Shown here: piece after piece, positions 14,862 through 23,627 of the stretch | Numbering within the stretch: position 1 is the stretch's first letter | Layout: the number at the start of each line of letters is the position of its first letter | NCBI GenBank assembly: GCA_963704885.1 | Contig: CAVPIB010000004.1 | Coordinates: 250,044-314,043 of the forward strand | Source: an uncultured Actinomycetes bacterium | GTDB lineage: Bacteria > Actinomycetota > UBA4738 > HRBIN12 | Reading direction: 5' to 3' | DNA length: 64,000 nucleotides | Translations under genes and position numbers: made by a program | The notes under the pieces: generated by a model | What the model was told of the DNA's origin: nothing | The model's database searches: none | What the model saw: the letters and a program-made list of their open reading frames with translations, nothing else

Positions 14862-15586
14862 GCGCTGTGGAGGTGACCCCGCAGGTTCGCTCGCAGGAGC
14901 GCCTGCTTGAACTTCCGGGACGTCACCGCCAGATCGCCGAGCGCCTGAGAGGCGGCGCGGCGGGCGTCGGGGTTCTTCTGTCGAAGCGTCGGCGCAACGA
15001 TCGTCTGGAAGAAGTCCGATTCCCGTTCCTCGAAATGCTTGTACATCGTCAGGTGACGCGGTTCCACCCCGAACCGGAAGAAGTCCTTAACGATCGAGAG
15101 CACGATGTAGTCGTCTCCGTCGTAGTAGCGGGCTCCGTCGGGGCCGTGCGAGCACACGATGCCGAAGGATTCGAGCTCCTTGATCCGATCGCGCTCGACA
15201 CCGGTGGCGGCCGACATCTCCTCGAGCGACATCTGCAACCCGGTCGGCGCCTCCGCCAGCTCTTCGCTGGGCGCACCGTCGCCGCCCGACCCGCCGTCCG
15301 ATCCGGCACCGTCCTCATCGAGTCCGTCTCCGTCGCCCCCCTGACTGAGGAGGCGCTCCTTGATCACCTTCAGCGGCAGGTACTCATCGCGCTGCATCCG
15401 CAGGATCGACTTCAGGCGATCGACGTCGTCCACGTAGAACTTCCGGTACCCCGACGGCGTGCGCTCCGGTTCGATCAACCCCTCGGCTTCCAAGAACCGG
15501 ATCTTCGAGATGGTGATGTCGGGGAACTCGGTCTTCACCGACACCAACACCTCCCCGATCGACTGGTAGTTGCGTGTGCCCGCCAT
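14858..15586 (-). CDS. MerR family regulator (Rv1828/FtsR-like)
   Basis: SIGEVL...EFPDITISKIRFLEAEGLIEPERTPSGYRKF...LPLKVIKE; directly downstream of the FHA gene. Confidence 0.92.
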   Translation of the reverse strand: MAGTRNYQSIGEVLVSVKTEFPDITISKIRFLEAEGLIEPERTPSGYRKFYVDDVDRLKSILRMQRDEYLPLKVIKERLLSQGGDGDGLDEDGAGSDGGSGGDGAPSEELAEAPTGLQMSLEEMSAATGVERDRIKELESFGIVCSHGPDGARYYDGDDYIVLSIVKDFFRFGVEPRHLTMYKHFEERESDFFQTIVAPTLRQKNPDARRAASQALGDLAVTSRKFKQALLRANLRGHLHSA

Positions 15587-15593
15587 CGTCACA

Positions 15594-16055
15594 TCACTCC
15601 CCCGCAACGAAGAACACCAGCTTGAACATCCCGATCTGCACCTCATCACCCGATGCGAGCTTCGTCTCCTCGACCTGCTCGCCGTTCACGTACGTCCCGT
15701 TCAGGCTGCCGGAGTCTCGAACGAAGAACGAGCCATCCTCGTGCCGAAGGATCGACGCATGGGCGCGCGACACGGTGATGTCGTCCAGGAAGACATGGCT
15801 ATCCGTGTTGCGACCTACCGATGTCTCGTCGCGTTCGATCAGGAACGTCGACCCTGCGTTCGGACCACGCTTCACCAGAAGGAGACCCTGCCCTGCTTCC
15901 AGCTCGTCATGAGGGAACGGGAAGTCACCCTGACCCTCATCGTCGCTCTCGACTGGGGTGAGAGTGACCGTCGGGTCATCCTTCAGGGGACGACCACACT
16001 CCGCGCAGAAACGCGCGTCGTCGCGATTGGGATGTCCACAGTGGGTGCAGAACAC
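15594..16055 (-). CDS. Zinc-ribbon + FHA domain protein (GarA/OdhI-like)
   Basis: CTHC...CAEC; VKRGPNAGSTF, GRNTDSHVFLDDITVSRAHA, DSGSLNGTYVN. Confidence 0.93.
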   Translation of the reverse strand: MFCTHCGHPNRDDARFCAECGRPLKDDPTVTLTPVESDDEGQGDFPFPHDELEAGQGLLLVKRGPNAGSTFLIERDETSVGRNTDSHVFLDDITVSRAHASILRHEDGSFFVRDSGSLNGTYVNGEQVEETKLASGDEVQIGMFKLVFFVAGE

Positions 16056-16132
16056 CGTCAGGTCTCCCTCGAACCCGGCCTCATGCGAAGGATAGAGGTT
16101 GGGGAAGACCCTCGACCCTGTACCGCGCGTGG

Positions 16133-16161
16133 ACGTTATCGCAGCACATCCAGAGGGTCAA
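16133..16161 (-). promoter_or_regulatory. Promoter of FHA-MerR-dacA operon
   Basis: TTGACC (16161-16156) - N17 - TAACGT (16138-16133). Confidence 0.6.
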
Positions 16162-16224
16162 CCGTGCCTAGGGGCAACCCTCGACCCTCGACGACCCCAA
16201 CGCTCCACCATGGGTGGACGACCT

Positions 16225-16608
16225 CTACGCCCCTTCGACGAAGGCTCTATACGCATCGGCTTCCATCAGTCCGTCGAACGCCGCGGGGTCGGCCGGGTCC
16301 ACGAGGACGAGCCATCCGTCCCCGTAGGGTTGCTCGTTCACGAGCTCGGGATGCTCGTCCAGCAGCGGGTTCCGCTCGACGATGGCTCCATCGACGGGGC
16401 AGAAGACGTCGGACACGGACTTCGTTGACTCCACCTCACCGAAGGTTCGGTGAGCCTGAACGGTAGCGCCGACCTCGGGGAGATCTACGTAAACCACATC
16501 GCCCAAAGCGTCCTGGGCATAGTCCGTGATCCCGACGCGGATCCGGTCACCCTCGGCCCGTGCCCACTCGTGCTCTTCGGTGTAGCGGAGTTCCTGCGGG
16601 TATTCCAC
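16225..16608 (-). CDS. gcvH: Glycine cleavage system H protein
   Basis: YTEEHEW, GITDYAQDALGDVVYV, EVESTKSVSD (lipoyl Lys); GAAGGAG SD. Confidence 0.97.
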   Translation of the reverse strand: MEYPQELRYTEEHEWARAEGDRIRVGITDYAQDALGDVVYVDLPEVGATVQAHRTFGEVESTKSVSDVFCPVDGAIVERNPLLDEHPELVNEQPYGDGWLVLVDPADPAAFDGLMEADAYRAFVEGA

Positions 16609-16673
16609 GTGGCTCTCCTTCTGTGCGTGAGGTCGACGGCGGCAACGATAGCTCCTGGCGCCCCCCGGGTGTC

Positions 16674-17261
16674 CTAGCGCTGCTTCGCGAGAGTTCTGCG
16701 GATGTCGCCGACGTACATGCCTGCCGCCACGTAGGACTCCGTGATGCCCACCGCGAACGCCCCCCACCCGAGCACTAGGAGCGCAGGGCCGAGAGGGAGC
16801 TCGAGGTTGCCCCAGGCGATACTGGGGATGGCGCACATCAGCGTGAAGGTCGCCACCTTGCCGATCGTCCGAACCTCGATCCTCAGATGGTGTCTGGTCA
16901 GGAGCACCGCACCAACCAGGAGGATCGCCGCGTCCCTGGCCAGGACCAGGAGCGCCGCCCACAGCGGGAACACGCCGCGCACCACGAGGGCGATCGAACC
17001 CGCCGCGATCGCCAGACGGTCTGCCGTTGGGTCCAGGACCTTGCCCAGCTCGGAGACCTGTCCGGTCCGCCTGGCAACCCATCCATCGACCCAGTCGGTC
17101 GCCATGACGGCGGCGAACAGGACCAACCCCCAGGTCGTGGTCGACGGGCGGACGATCAGGATCACGAACGCCGGTATGAGCAGGATGCGCAAGGACGACA
17201 CGAGGTTCGGGATGGTGAACACGTCCGACGACGCCCGGTCGGAGTCGTTCGTCCCCTTCAT
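16674..17261 (-). CDS. CDP-alcohol phosphatidyltransferase (PgsA2-like)
   Basis: TIPNLVSSLR and TDWVDGWVARRTGQVSELGKVLDPTADR signature. Confidence 0.92.
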   Translation of the reverse strand: MKGTNDSDRASSDVFTIPNLVSSLRILLIPAFVILIVRPSTTTWGLVLFAAVMATDWVDGWVARRTGQVSELGKVLDPTADRLAIAAGSIALVVRGVFPLWAALLVLARDAAILLVGAVLLTRHHLRIEVRTIGKVATFTLMCAIPSIAWGNLELPLGPALLVLGWGAFAVGITESYVAAGMYVGDIRRTLAKQR

Positions 17262-17264
17262 CGG

Positions 17265-17338
17265 TCGGGACGGCGGGACTTGAACCCGCGACCCCTGGTC
17301 CCCCAGACCAGTGCGCTACCAGACTGCGCCACGTCCCG
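17265..17338 (-). tRNA. tRNA-Pro(GGG), CCA not fully encoded
   Basis: CGGGACG acceptor stem, TGGCGCAG-TGGTAGCGC D arm, CTGGT-CTGGGGG-ACCAG anticodon arm, GGTTCAAGTCC T arm; TACGAT -10 at 17352-17347. Confidence 0.97.
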
Positions 17339-17397
17339 AAGGCGCCATCGTATCAAGGTGGAGCCCACGGACCCTGCAGTGACCAGCGAGGACGCCA

Positions 17398-17416
17398 CTA
17401 GTCCGTCCCAGACTAG
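17398..17416. repeat. Second CTAGTC-N7-GACTAG inverted repeat, overlapping the der stop
   Basis: Arms at 17398-17403 and 17411-17416. Confidence 0.4.
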
Positions 17417-18726
17417 CCGCGCCTCGATCCTCCGCCGCGCTTACGCGGACGGAACGTCAGCCGGATCGGTATGCCGTTCCACCCGAACGTACGTCTCAAG
17501 AGATTCTCCAGGTAGCGCTGGTACCCGGGGTCCGGCTCACGTGCACCTCCGAAGATCACGAAGCTCGGCGGACCGGCCGAGACCTGGGTGGCGTAGTGGA
17601 GAGAACCGGCGTTCCGCGCGGTGGGACGGCGAGCCTGCGCGTCCTGGAGGACCTCGTTCACCTTGGCGGTCGGAACGCGGCGGCTCCATCGTCCATGCAG
17701 GTCCAGCAGGATCGGAGGCAGGCGGTGGACGCCCTGACCCTTCGTGGCGGAGGTCCGGATCGCCTCGGCCGCGGCGAAGAGGCCGACGTCTTCCTGCAGA
17801 CGCTTGAACGTTCGGTCCTTCTCCTCGACCAGATCCCACTTGTTCGCGGCCACGAGCAGGCCTCGACCAGCCTCCATCACTCGGACGGCGATCTTCTTGT
17901 CCTCAGACGTGAACCCCTCAGGAGCCTCGATCACCAGGACGGCCACGTGTGCCCGATCGATAGCGCGAGTTGCCCGCACGAAGCTGTAGAACTCCAAGCC
18001 CCGCACCTTGGTCTGGCGACGCATGCCGGCGGTGTCGACGAACCGCACCGGCCCGTCCGGCCACTCGAGGACCGCATCGACGCTGTCTCGGGTGGTCCCG
18101 GCTTCTTCGAAGACCACCGAACGCTCCTGTCCCACCAGGGAGTTGAAGATGGACGACTTGCCCACGTTCGGCCTGCCGACGAGCGCGAACCGTGGCTCCT
18201 CGGCAGGTTCATCGATCGGCTCCGGGGTGTGGGGTAAGAGCTGGATCATCCGATCCAGGAGGTCGCCCGCTCCCCGCCCGTGCATCGCTGACACGGGCAT
18301 CGGCTCGCCGAGTCCCAAGGAGTACAGAGCCGAAGCGTCGGCCTCGTCCCGATCCGAATCGACCTTGTTCGCTACCAGGAGTACCGGGGTGGTGGCTCGC
18401 CGCAGCCGGCGAGCCAGGCTGGCGTCCTCGCTCGTGGCGCCCGCTTGCGCATCCACGACCAGCAGGACGACGTCCGCCTCGGTTGCGGCTCGTTCGGCCT
18501 GTCCGGCGACGAGCGACTCGATCCCCCTCGCGGCGTGCGTGTACCCGCCGGTGTCGACCAATATGAACCGCCGGCCGCGCCAGGAAGCCTCCATCTCCAC
18601 CCGGTCGCGCGTTACCCCGGGGGTCTCGTGTGCGATCGTCTCACGCCGACCGAACAGTCGGTTCACCAAGGTGGACTTCCCGACGTTCTGGCGACCGACT
18701 ACCGCCACCTTGGGAAGGCGCGTCAT
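17413..18726 (-). CDS. der: Ribosome biogenesis GTPase Der
   Basis: Two G domains (GRQNVGKS/DTGG/NKVD and GRPNVGKS/DTAG/NKWD) plus KH-like C-terminus. Confidence 0.97.
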   Translation of the reverse strand: MTRLPKVAVVGRQNVGKSTLVNRLFGRRETIAHETPGVTRDRVEMEASWRGRRFILVDTGGYTHAARGIESLVAGQAERAATEADVVLLVVDAQAGATSEDASLARRLRRATTPVLLVANKVDSDRDEADASALYSLGLGEPMPVSAMHGRGAGDLLDRMIQLLPHTPEPIDEPAEEPRFALVGRPNVGKSSIFNSLVGQERSVVFEEAGTTRDSVDAVLEWPDGPVRFVDTAGMRRQTKVRGLEFYSFVRATRAIDRAHVAVLVIEAPEGFTSEDKKIAVRVMEAGRGLLVAANKWDLVEEKDRTFKRLQEDVGLFAAAEAIRTSATKGQGVHRLPPILLDLHGRWSRRVPTAKVNEVLQDAQARRPTARNAGSLHYATQVSAGPPSFVIFGGAREPDPGYQRYLENLLRRTFGWNGIPIRLTFRPRKRGGGSRRG

Positions 18727-19382
18727 CGGGCGACCTCCGGTAGCCGCGTGAACACGACGGCCAGCGCGGCTTCCAGGGTCTCGCTCACGGTCTTATCGCC
18801 GGTGTCCAGGACCTCAGCACCCGGTGCCGGCTCGAACGGATTCACGACGGAGTCCCTAGCGTCGCGCTGGTGCAACGCTGACCCGACCGCGGGATCCGCC
18901 GCGCCGCGCTCTGCCGCGCGTCGCTCGATCCGCGTGTCGGCGGATGCTGTCAGGAACAGCTTCACCGGAGCGTCGGGGAACACGATCGTGCCGATGTCTC
19001 GGCCTTCGACCACCGCATCAGGAGACCCGAGCGCACGCTGCGCCCGGCGCATGAGCTCCCGGACCTGCGGATGCCTCGCGACCTGCGAAACGTGCTCTTC
19101 AACCCGATCGCTCTCCAGGGCCGACGAAGGGGGGGAACCCTCGACCTCGAGCTCGGGAGACGCACCAGCTCCCAGGCTGAACCTCAACTCTCGCGTGAGC
19201 TCCGCGAGAGCGTCGCCGTTGCCTGGATCCACCCCCGCCTCGATCGCGGCGAGCGTCAGCGCTCGATACATGACGCCCGTGTTCACGTACGGCACACGGA
19301 GTTCACGTGCGAGGCCGCGAGCGAGCGTACTCTTGCCCGATCCGGCCGAGCCGTCGATCGCTATCACGCGGAGGTCGGTCAT
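18723..19382 (-). CDS. cmk: Cytidylate kinase
   Basis: IAIDGSAGSGKST, NTGVMYRA, VEGRDIGTIVFPDA. Confidence 0.96.
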   Translation of the reverse strand: MTDLRVIAIDGSAGSGKSTLARGLARELRVPYVNTGVMYRALTLAAIEAGVDPGNGDALAELTRELRFSLGAGASPELEVEGSPPSSALESDRVEEHVSQVARHPQVRELMRRAQRALGSPDAVVEGRDIGTIVFPDAPVKLFLTASADTRIERRAAERGAADPAVGSALHQRDARDSVVNPFEPAPGAEVLDTGDKTVSETLEAALAVVFTRLPEVAR

Positions 19383-20752
19383 GACACCGGCTCCGCCGTC
19401 GCACCCAGCCCTCGGACGACAGCCAGGAACCCTGGGAACGACACATCGGCGGCCTCCATGCCCGACACCTCGCACGGTGCGTCTGCGCGAAGGGCCGCCA
19501 CCGCGAACGCCATGGCCAGGCGATGATCCCCTAGGGGATCCGCGACCCCACCTCGCAATCCTATCCCGGAGACGACCAGGTCCTGGTTCTCGACCCCCGC
19601 GTGGCCACCCAATGCCACGATCCCACGAGCGATGCCGGCCAGCCGGTCACTCTCCTTGACGCGGAGCTCCCCCACCTCCGCGAACCAGGTCTCCCCTCGG
19701 CAGTGGGCTGCAAGTAGCGCGAGGACGGGGACCTCATCGATGATCAGGGGTAGTTCGTCGGCGCCGACCTCGGTGCCTACCAGCTCGGCGTTTGGGCCGA
19801 CCCATAACTCGCCGATCGGCTCACCCAGCTCATGCCGCTCCACGGTGATCCGGGTTCTGACCCCCATCCGAGATAGGACCTGTAGGTAGTGCAGGCGACT
19901 CGGGTTGAGGCCGACCCCCGCGATCGAGAGCTCGGCGCCGGATAGAGCGGCAGCGGCCACCAGGAAGGCGGCCGATGAGGGATCCCCCGGCAGTGTGGCC
20001 GCGAAGGCCTCGTGTTCAGATCCCCCTCGAACGGAGATGGTGGAGCCCTCGACGCTCACAGGAAGGCCCAGGGCAGCGAACGCACGCTCCGTGTGATCGC
20101 GGGTGGGGGCGGGCTCGGTCACGGCGGTCGTGTCCTCGGCGCCCAAACCTGCGAACAGGATGGCGCCCTTCACCTGGGCCGAAGGAAGTGCAAGCACGCT
20201 CGCGACGCCATGAAGATGCCGGCCTTCGACCGTGATCGGTGCGTGTCCGTCGGTGGTGCGAACGACCGCACCCATCTCTCGAAGCGGTACGGCGACGCGT
20301 TCCATCGGGCGGGCGGAGAGGCTCCGGTCACCGGTCAGTGTCGACCTGAACGGCGCCGTCGCGAGCGCTCCCACCATCAACCGCATCGCAGTGCCGGAAT
20401 TGCCGCAGTCAAGATCGGTGGGAGGCTCGACCAAGCCGGACCACCCCTCACCCTCGACCTCAAGGACCTGCTCGGAGGGATCGGGGTCGTAGGGGTTCCA
20501 CGTGGAACCGTGACCCTCGGCGGCTCCCCCAACGTTCCCGGCCCAAGCCTCGAGTGCACGTCTAGCCCGGCCCGACACCTTCGCCAGACATGCGGCGGTC
20601 GACCGAACGTCGAGCGACGGTGGAAGGCCCACTAGACGGCTGGTGCCGCGAGCCGTGGCGGCCAGGATCAACCAGCGGTGCGCGATGGACTTGTCCCCGG
20701 GCACGCGCACGTTCCTCGATGTGATGGGTCCCGGCGTGACGCGAACGCGCAT
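19379..20752 (-). CDS. aroA: 3-phosphoshikimate 1-carboxyvinyltransferase (EPSP synthase) with an insertion of about 27 aa
   Basis: PGDKSIAHR, DCGNSGT, SAQVK, RDHTER, LRVKESDRL, DHRLAMAF. Confidence 0.96.
   Translation of the reverse strand: MRVRVTPGPITSRNVRVPGDKSIAHRWLILAATARGTSRLVGLPPSLDVRSTAACLAKVSGRARRALEAWAGNVGGAAEGHGSTWNPYDPDPSEQVLEVEGEGWSGLVEPPTDLDCGNSGTAMRLMVGALATAPFRSTLTGDRSLSARPMERVAVPLREMGAVVRTTDGHAPITVEGRHLHGVASVLALPSAQVKGAILFAGLGAEDTTAVTEPAPTRDHTERAFAALGLPVSVEGSTISVRGGSEHEAFAATLPGDPSSAAFLVAAAALSGAELSIAGVGLNPSRLHYLQVLSRMGVRTRITVERHELGEPIGELWVGPNAELVGTEVGADELPLIIDEVPVLALLAAHCRGETWFAEVGELRVKESDRLAGIARGIVALGGHAGVENQDLVVSGIGLRGGVADPLGDHRLAMAFAVAALRADAPCEVSGMEAADVSFPGFLAVVRGLGATAEPVS
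20494..20509. promoter_or_regulatory. parS-like ParB-binding palindrome
   Basis: Perfect 16-bp palindrome GGTTCCACGTGGAACC; the inner 14 bp match the parS core GTTCCACGTGGAAC. Confidence 0.6.
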
Positions 20753-20762
20753 CGTCAACCTC

Positions 20763-21863
20763 TCAAGCCAGGCGGACGGGATCGAAGGACCGCGACGCCA
20801 GCACGTGGAGGGCGACATCTGCTGAAAGAGCCGCGACCGTGAGATGCACCGTGCCGCGCCCGCCCTCGGGCGAGTGCACGATCTGCAGGTCCTCGATGTT
20901 CACCTGGCCCTCCGCGAGTGCCGATGTGAGCTCGGCGAGCGCGCCGGGACGGTCCGGGATCGGGACCTGGAGCACCGCCACCCCCGCCCGGATCTGCGGC
21001 TTGGCGGCCAATCTCAGGCGCGCCCGCTTGGCACTGTCGAACGTCTCCTCGATCGAGTCGGCTTGTCCCTGAAGGACCTGATCGCGGAGGTCCTGCAACC
21101 TGGCGGAGAACAGGTCGATCGCCTCGGCGATGGCCTCACGGTTGGCGAGGAGGATCTGGCTCCAGAGCGCGGGGTTGGACGAGGCCAGTCGGGTGAGGTC
21201 GCGGAACCCCCCCGCAGCCAGAAGGAGGATCTCTGGCTCGTCGGCCTCTTCGGTCGCGGCGAGCGCCATCAGGGCCGTCGAGGCCACCTGGGGCAGGTGG
21301 CTCACGAACGCCACCAACCGGTCGTGGCGAGTCGGGGACATCCGAACCGGGCGTCCGCCGATCCGCTCGATCCAGGCCTCCAGCCCCTCGATAGAGGAGG
21401 CGTCCACATCTTCGTCGGGAGTGAGCACCCACACGATGCCGTCGACCACCGAGGGCGACGCATGCTCGGGCCCCGATCGTTCGGATCCGCCCATCGGGTG
21501 GCCGCCGATGTACCGTTCCGCGGCCGCCTTCCCCTGCGTCCGTCCGACCTCGCGCACCAGGTGCCCCTTGATGCTTCCAACGTCGGTGACGATCGCCGTC
21601 GGCTCCGCCTGTAGCGCCCTAGTCACGAGCTCCGGCGTGGCCGGGATCGGGGCGCATACGACCACGATGTCGGCGTCGCGCACCGCCTCCGCGAAGGTCG
21701 GGGCGATCTGCATGTCGGTACGTTCGGCCGCACGGGCCGCGGTCTGGACGTCGGCATCCCAGCCGCTCACCCTGCACCCCACGCGCGCCGAGGCCATGGC
21801 GATCGACGTCCCCATCAGGCCGGTGCCGATGACGGCGATCCGCTCAGCGGGGGTCGAGGTCAT
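20763..21863 (-). CDS. tyrA: Prephenate dehydrogenase with C-terminal ACT domain
   Basis: GTGLMG Rossmann motif, TDVGSIK, GHPMGGSE, VSHLPQ, RDLTRLA, IPDRPGALA (ACT). Confidence 0.93.
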   Translation of the reverse strand: MTSTPAERIAVIGTGLMGTSIAMASARVGCRVSGWDADVQTAARAAERTDMQIAPTFAEAVRDADIVVVCAPIPATPELVTRALQAEPTAIVTDVGSIKGHLVREVGRTQGKAAAERYIGGHPMGGSERSGPEHASPSVVDGIVWVLTPDEDVDASSIEGLEAWIERIGGRPVRMSPTRHDRLVAFVSHLPQVASTALMALAATEEADEPEILLLAAGGFRDLTRLASSNPALWSQILLANREAIAEAIDLFSARLQDLRDQVLQGQADSIEETFDSAKRARLRLAAKPQIRAGVAVLQVPIPDRPGALAELTSALAEGQVNIEDLQIVHSPEGGRGTVHLTVAALSADVALHVLASRSFDPVRLA

Positions 21864-22209
21864 CGCGCAGCGACTCCGCGCCGTCGAGGTAGACGTGGAC
21901 TATGTCGTCGAGGGCGCGCTCTGAGTGGAAGTGGGCCAAGACGCGCACGACCGAGGGCATCGAACCCTCGACCGGGATCTCCCGGGCACACATGAGCGGG
22001 ACGAGACCCAGACCCATCCCGCGGGCAGCCTCGGCCGGGAACCCCGAGCGAAGATCGTCCGTGACCGTGAACAGGATGCTGATCAGTTCAGCGTGATCCA
22101 CGTCGTTGCGCTCGAGCAATGCCTGCAGGAGCCGTCCCGTGGCGGCGAGCAGCGTATCTGCGTCGTCTCGAGCGACGACGATGGCCCCGCGGGCCGCGCG
22201 AACACGCAT
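21844..22209 (-). CDS. aroH: AroH-type chorismate mutase
   Basis: VRAARGA, SILFTVTDDL...FPA, VPLMCAREIPV, HVYLDGAESLRDDL. Confidence 0.93.
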   Translation of the reverse strand: MRVRAARGAIVVARDDADTLLAATGRLLQALLERNDVDHAELISILFTVTDDLRSGFPAEAARGMGLGLVPLMCAREIPVEGSMPSVVRVLAHFHSERALDDIVHVYLDGAESLRDDLDPR

Positions 22210-22251
22210 CTGGGCGTCCCTCCCCAAGGCGGTCGCCTCGGAGCGACAAGG

Positions 22252-22974
22252 CTACATGCCGGCGGCGCGCCAGAGCCCGCGGACCTCCTCGAGCGTGAGC
22301 TCTCGGATCGCCCCCGGCGCTAGCCGTCCCAGCCGCACCGGTCCTATCCTCAGTCGCACGAGCCGCGTGACCGGGAGGTCGACCGCAGCCAGAAGCCGCC
22401 GGACCTCGCGCTTGCGGCCTTCGGTCATGACGAGACGGACGGCACCGCGCCCGCCACTCGCGGCCACGATCCTCGCCGACTTGGGGGTGGCCGGCCCGTC
22501 ATCAAGCTCAACGCCACGCCTCAGTCGTGCGATCTGGCGCTCGGAGGGCGTACCGTCGACCTCGGCCAGGTACTCCTTCTCGATCGCGTAGCGTGGGTGC
22601 AGGAGTCGATTGCCCAGCTCTCCGTCGTTGGTCAGCAGGAGCAGCCCTTCCGAGTCGCGGTCGAGCCTCCCGACCGGAAACACACGAGGTCCGTCCGTGG
22701 GCAAGAGGCCCCGCATGTCGGGACGACCTTGAGGATCGCGCATGGTCGTGACGACCCCAGTGGGTTTGTGGAGCGCGTAGTACCTCACGTTCGGGTCGAG
22801 GTTCACGGTCACTCCGTCAACGGCGACCAGATCCGTCTCGGCCTCGACGCGATCCCCGAGCGTTGCGACCGTCCCGTTCACGCTGACCCGGCCCTGCGCG
22901 ATCAGCTCCTCACAGGCCCGGCGGGAGCCGAAGCCGGCACGCGCCAGTGCGCGCTGCACGCGCTCTTCGGGCAT
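22252..22974 (-). CDS. rluB: 23S rRNA pseudouridine synthase (RluB/RsuA family)
   Basis: S4 domain ERVQRALARAG.GSRR; PVGRLDRDSEGLLLLTNDG; EGRKREVRR. Confidence 0.93.
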   Translation of the reverse strand: MPEERVQRALARAGFGSRRACEELIAQGRVSVNGTVATLGDRVEAETDLVAVDGVTVNLDPNVRYYALHKPTGVVTTMRDPQGRPDMRGLLPTDGPRVFPVGRLDRDSEGLLLLTNDGELGNRLLHPRYAIEKEYLAEVDGTPSERQIARLRRGVELDDGPATPKSARIVAASGGRGAVRLVMTEGRKREVRRLLAAVDLPVTRLVRLRIGPVRLGRLAPGAIRELTLEEVRGLWRAAGM

Positions 22975-22978
22975 GGAC

Positions 22979-23626
22979 TCAGGCCGGTTCGTCGCCGCTG
23001 GGAGCGGAGACGTCGCCGACCTCGCCGCCGCCTTCGTCGTCCTCGGGCACATCCGATGGGGCCGCGATCCCCTCGACCGCGGATGATGCGTCGTCCAGGT
23101 CGGCTCCAAGCAGGGGTGCCAGCGACGGCAGCGACGCCAGCGACGGCAGCCCGAGCCGCTCCAGGAAGCCTGGCGTGGTGCCGAACAGGACGGGGCGGCC
23201 CGGCGTCTCCTCTCGGCCCGCCTCCTCGACCAGCCCTCGATCCACCAGCGCTCGCAGGACGCCGTCGGAGTTCACGCCACGGATCGCAGATACCTGGTGC
23301 CGAGTGACCGGTTGCTTGTACGCGACGATCCCGAGCGTCTCCAGCGCCGCCTTCGTGAGACGAGCCTGGCGCGACGACAAGACGAACTGCTCCACCACCG
23401 GAGCCGTATCAGGGTGGGTGAACAGGCGCCAACCACCCGCGACGTTGCGCAGGACCAAGCCGGACCCTCGCTCCTCCAGGTCCCGGGCCAACTGATCACA
23501 CAGACCCTCGGCCGTGCGGCGGTCTACCTCGAGCGCCTGCGCCAGCACCGACGCGGTGAGGGGCTCGTCCGAGACGAAGAACAGAGCCTCTATGGCTCTG
23601 GTGTCCAAGGCCGCCACATCGCTCAT
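22979..23626 (-). CDS. scpB: SMC-Scp complex subunit ScpB
   Basis: IEALFFVS, LTKAALETLGIVAYKQPVTR..RGV, PGRPVLFGTT. Confidence 0.95.
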   Translation of the reverse strand: MSDVAALDTRAIEALFFVSDEPLTASVLAQALEVDRRTAEGLCDQLARDLEERGSGLVLRNVAGGWRLFTHPDTAPVVEQFVLSSRQARLTKAALETLGIVAYKQPVTRHQVSAIRGVNSDGVLRALVDRGLVEEAGREETPGRPVLFGTTPGFLERLGLPSLASLPSLAPLLGADLDDASSAVEGIAAPSDVPEDDEGGGEVGDVSAPSGDEPA

Positions 23627-23627
23627 C

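Noticed and set aside
16601-16616. TATTCCACGTGGCTCT as a second parS
   Set aside because: Four mismatches to the parS palindrome, and explained by the gcvH start codon region.
16609-16673. Glycine riboswitch before gcvH or gcvPA
   Set aside because: The intergenic regions are too short and lack the aptamer motifs.
23118-23150. 18-bp tandem duplication in scpB (LPSLAS repeated)
   Set aside because: A small in-frame slippage in a variable region; not a CRISPR or mobile repeat.
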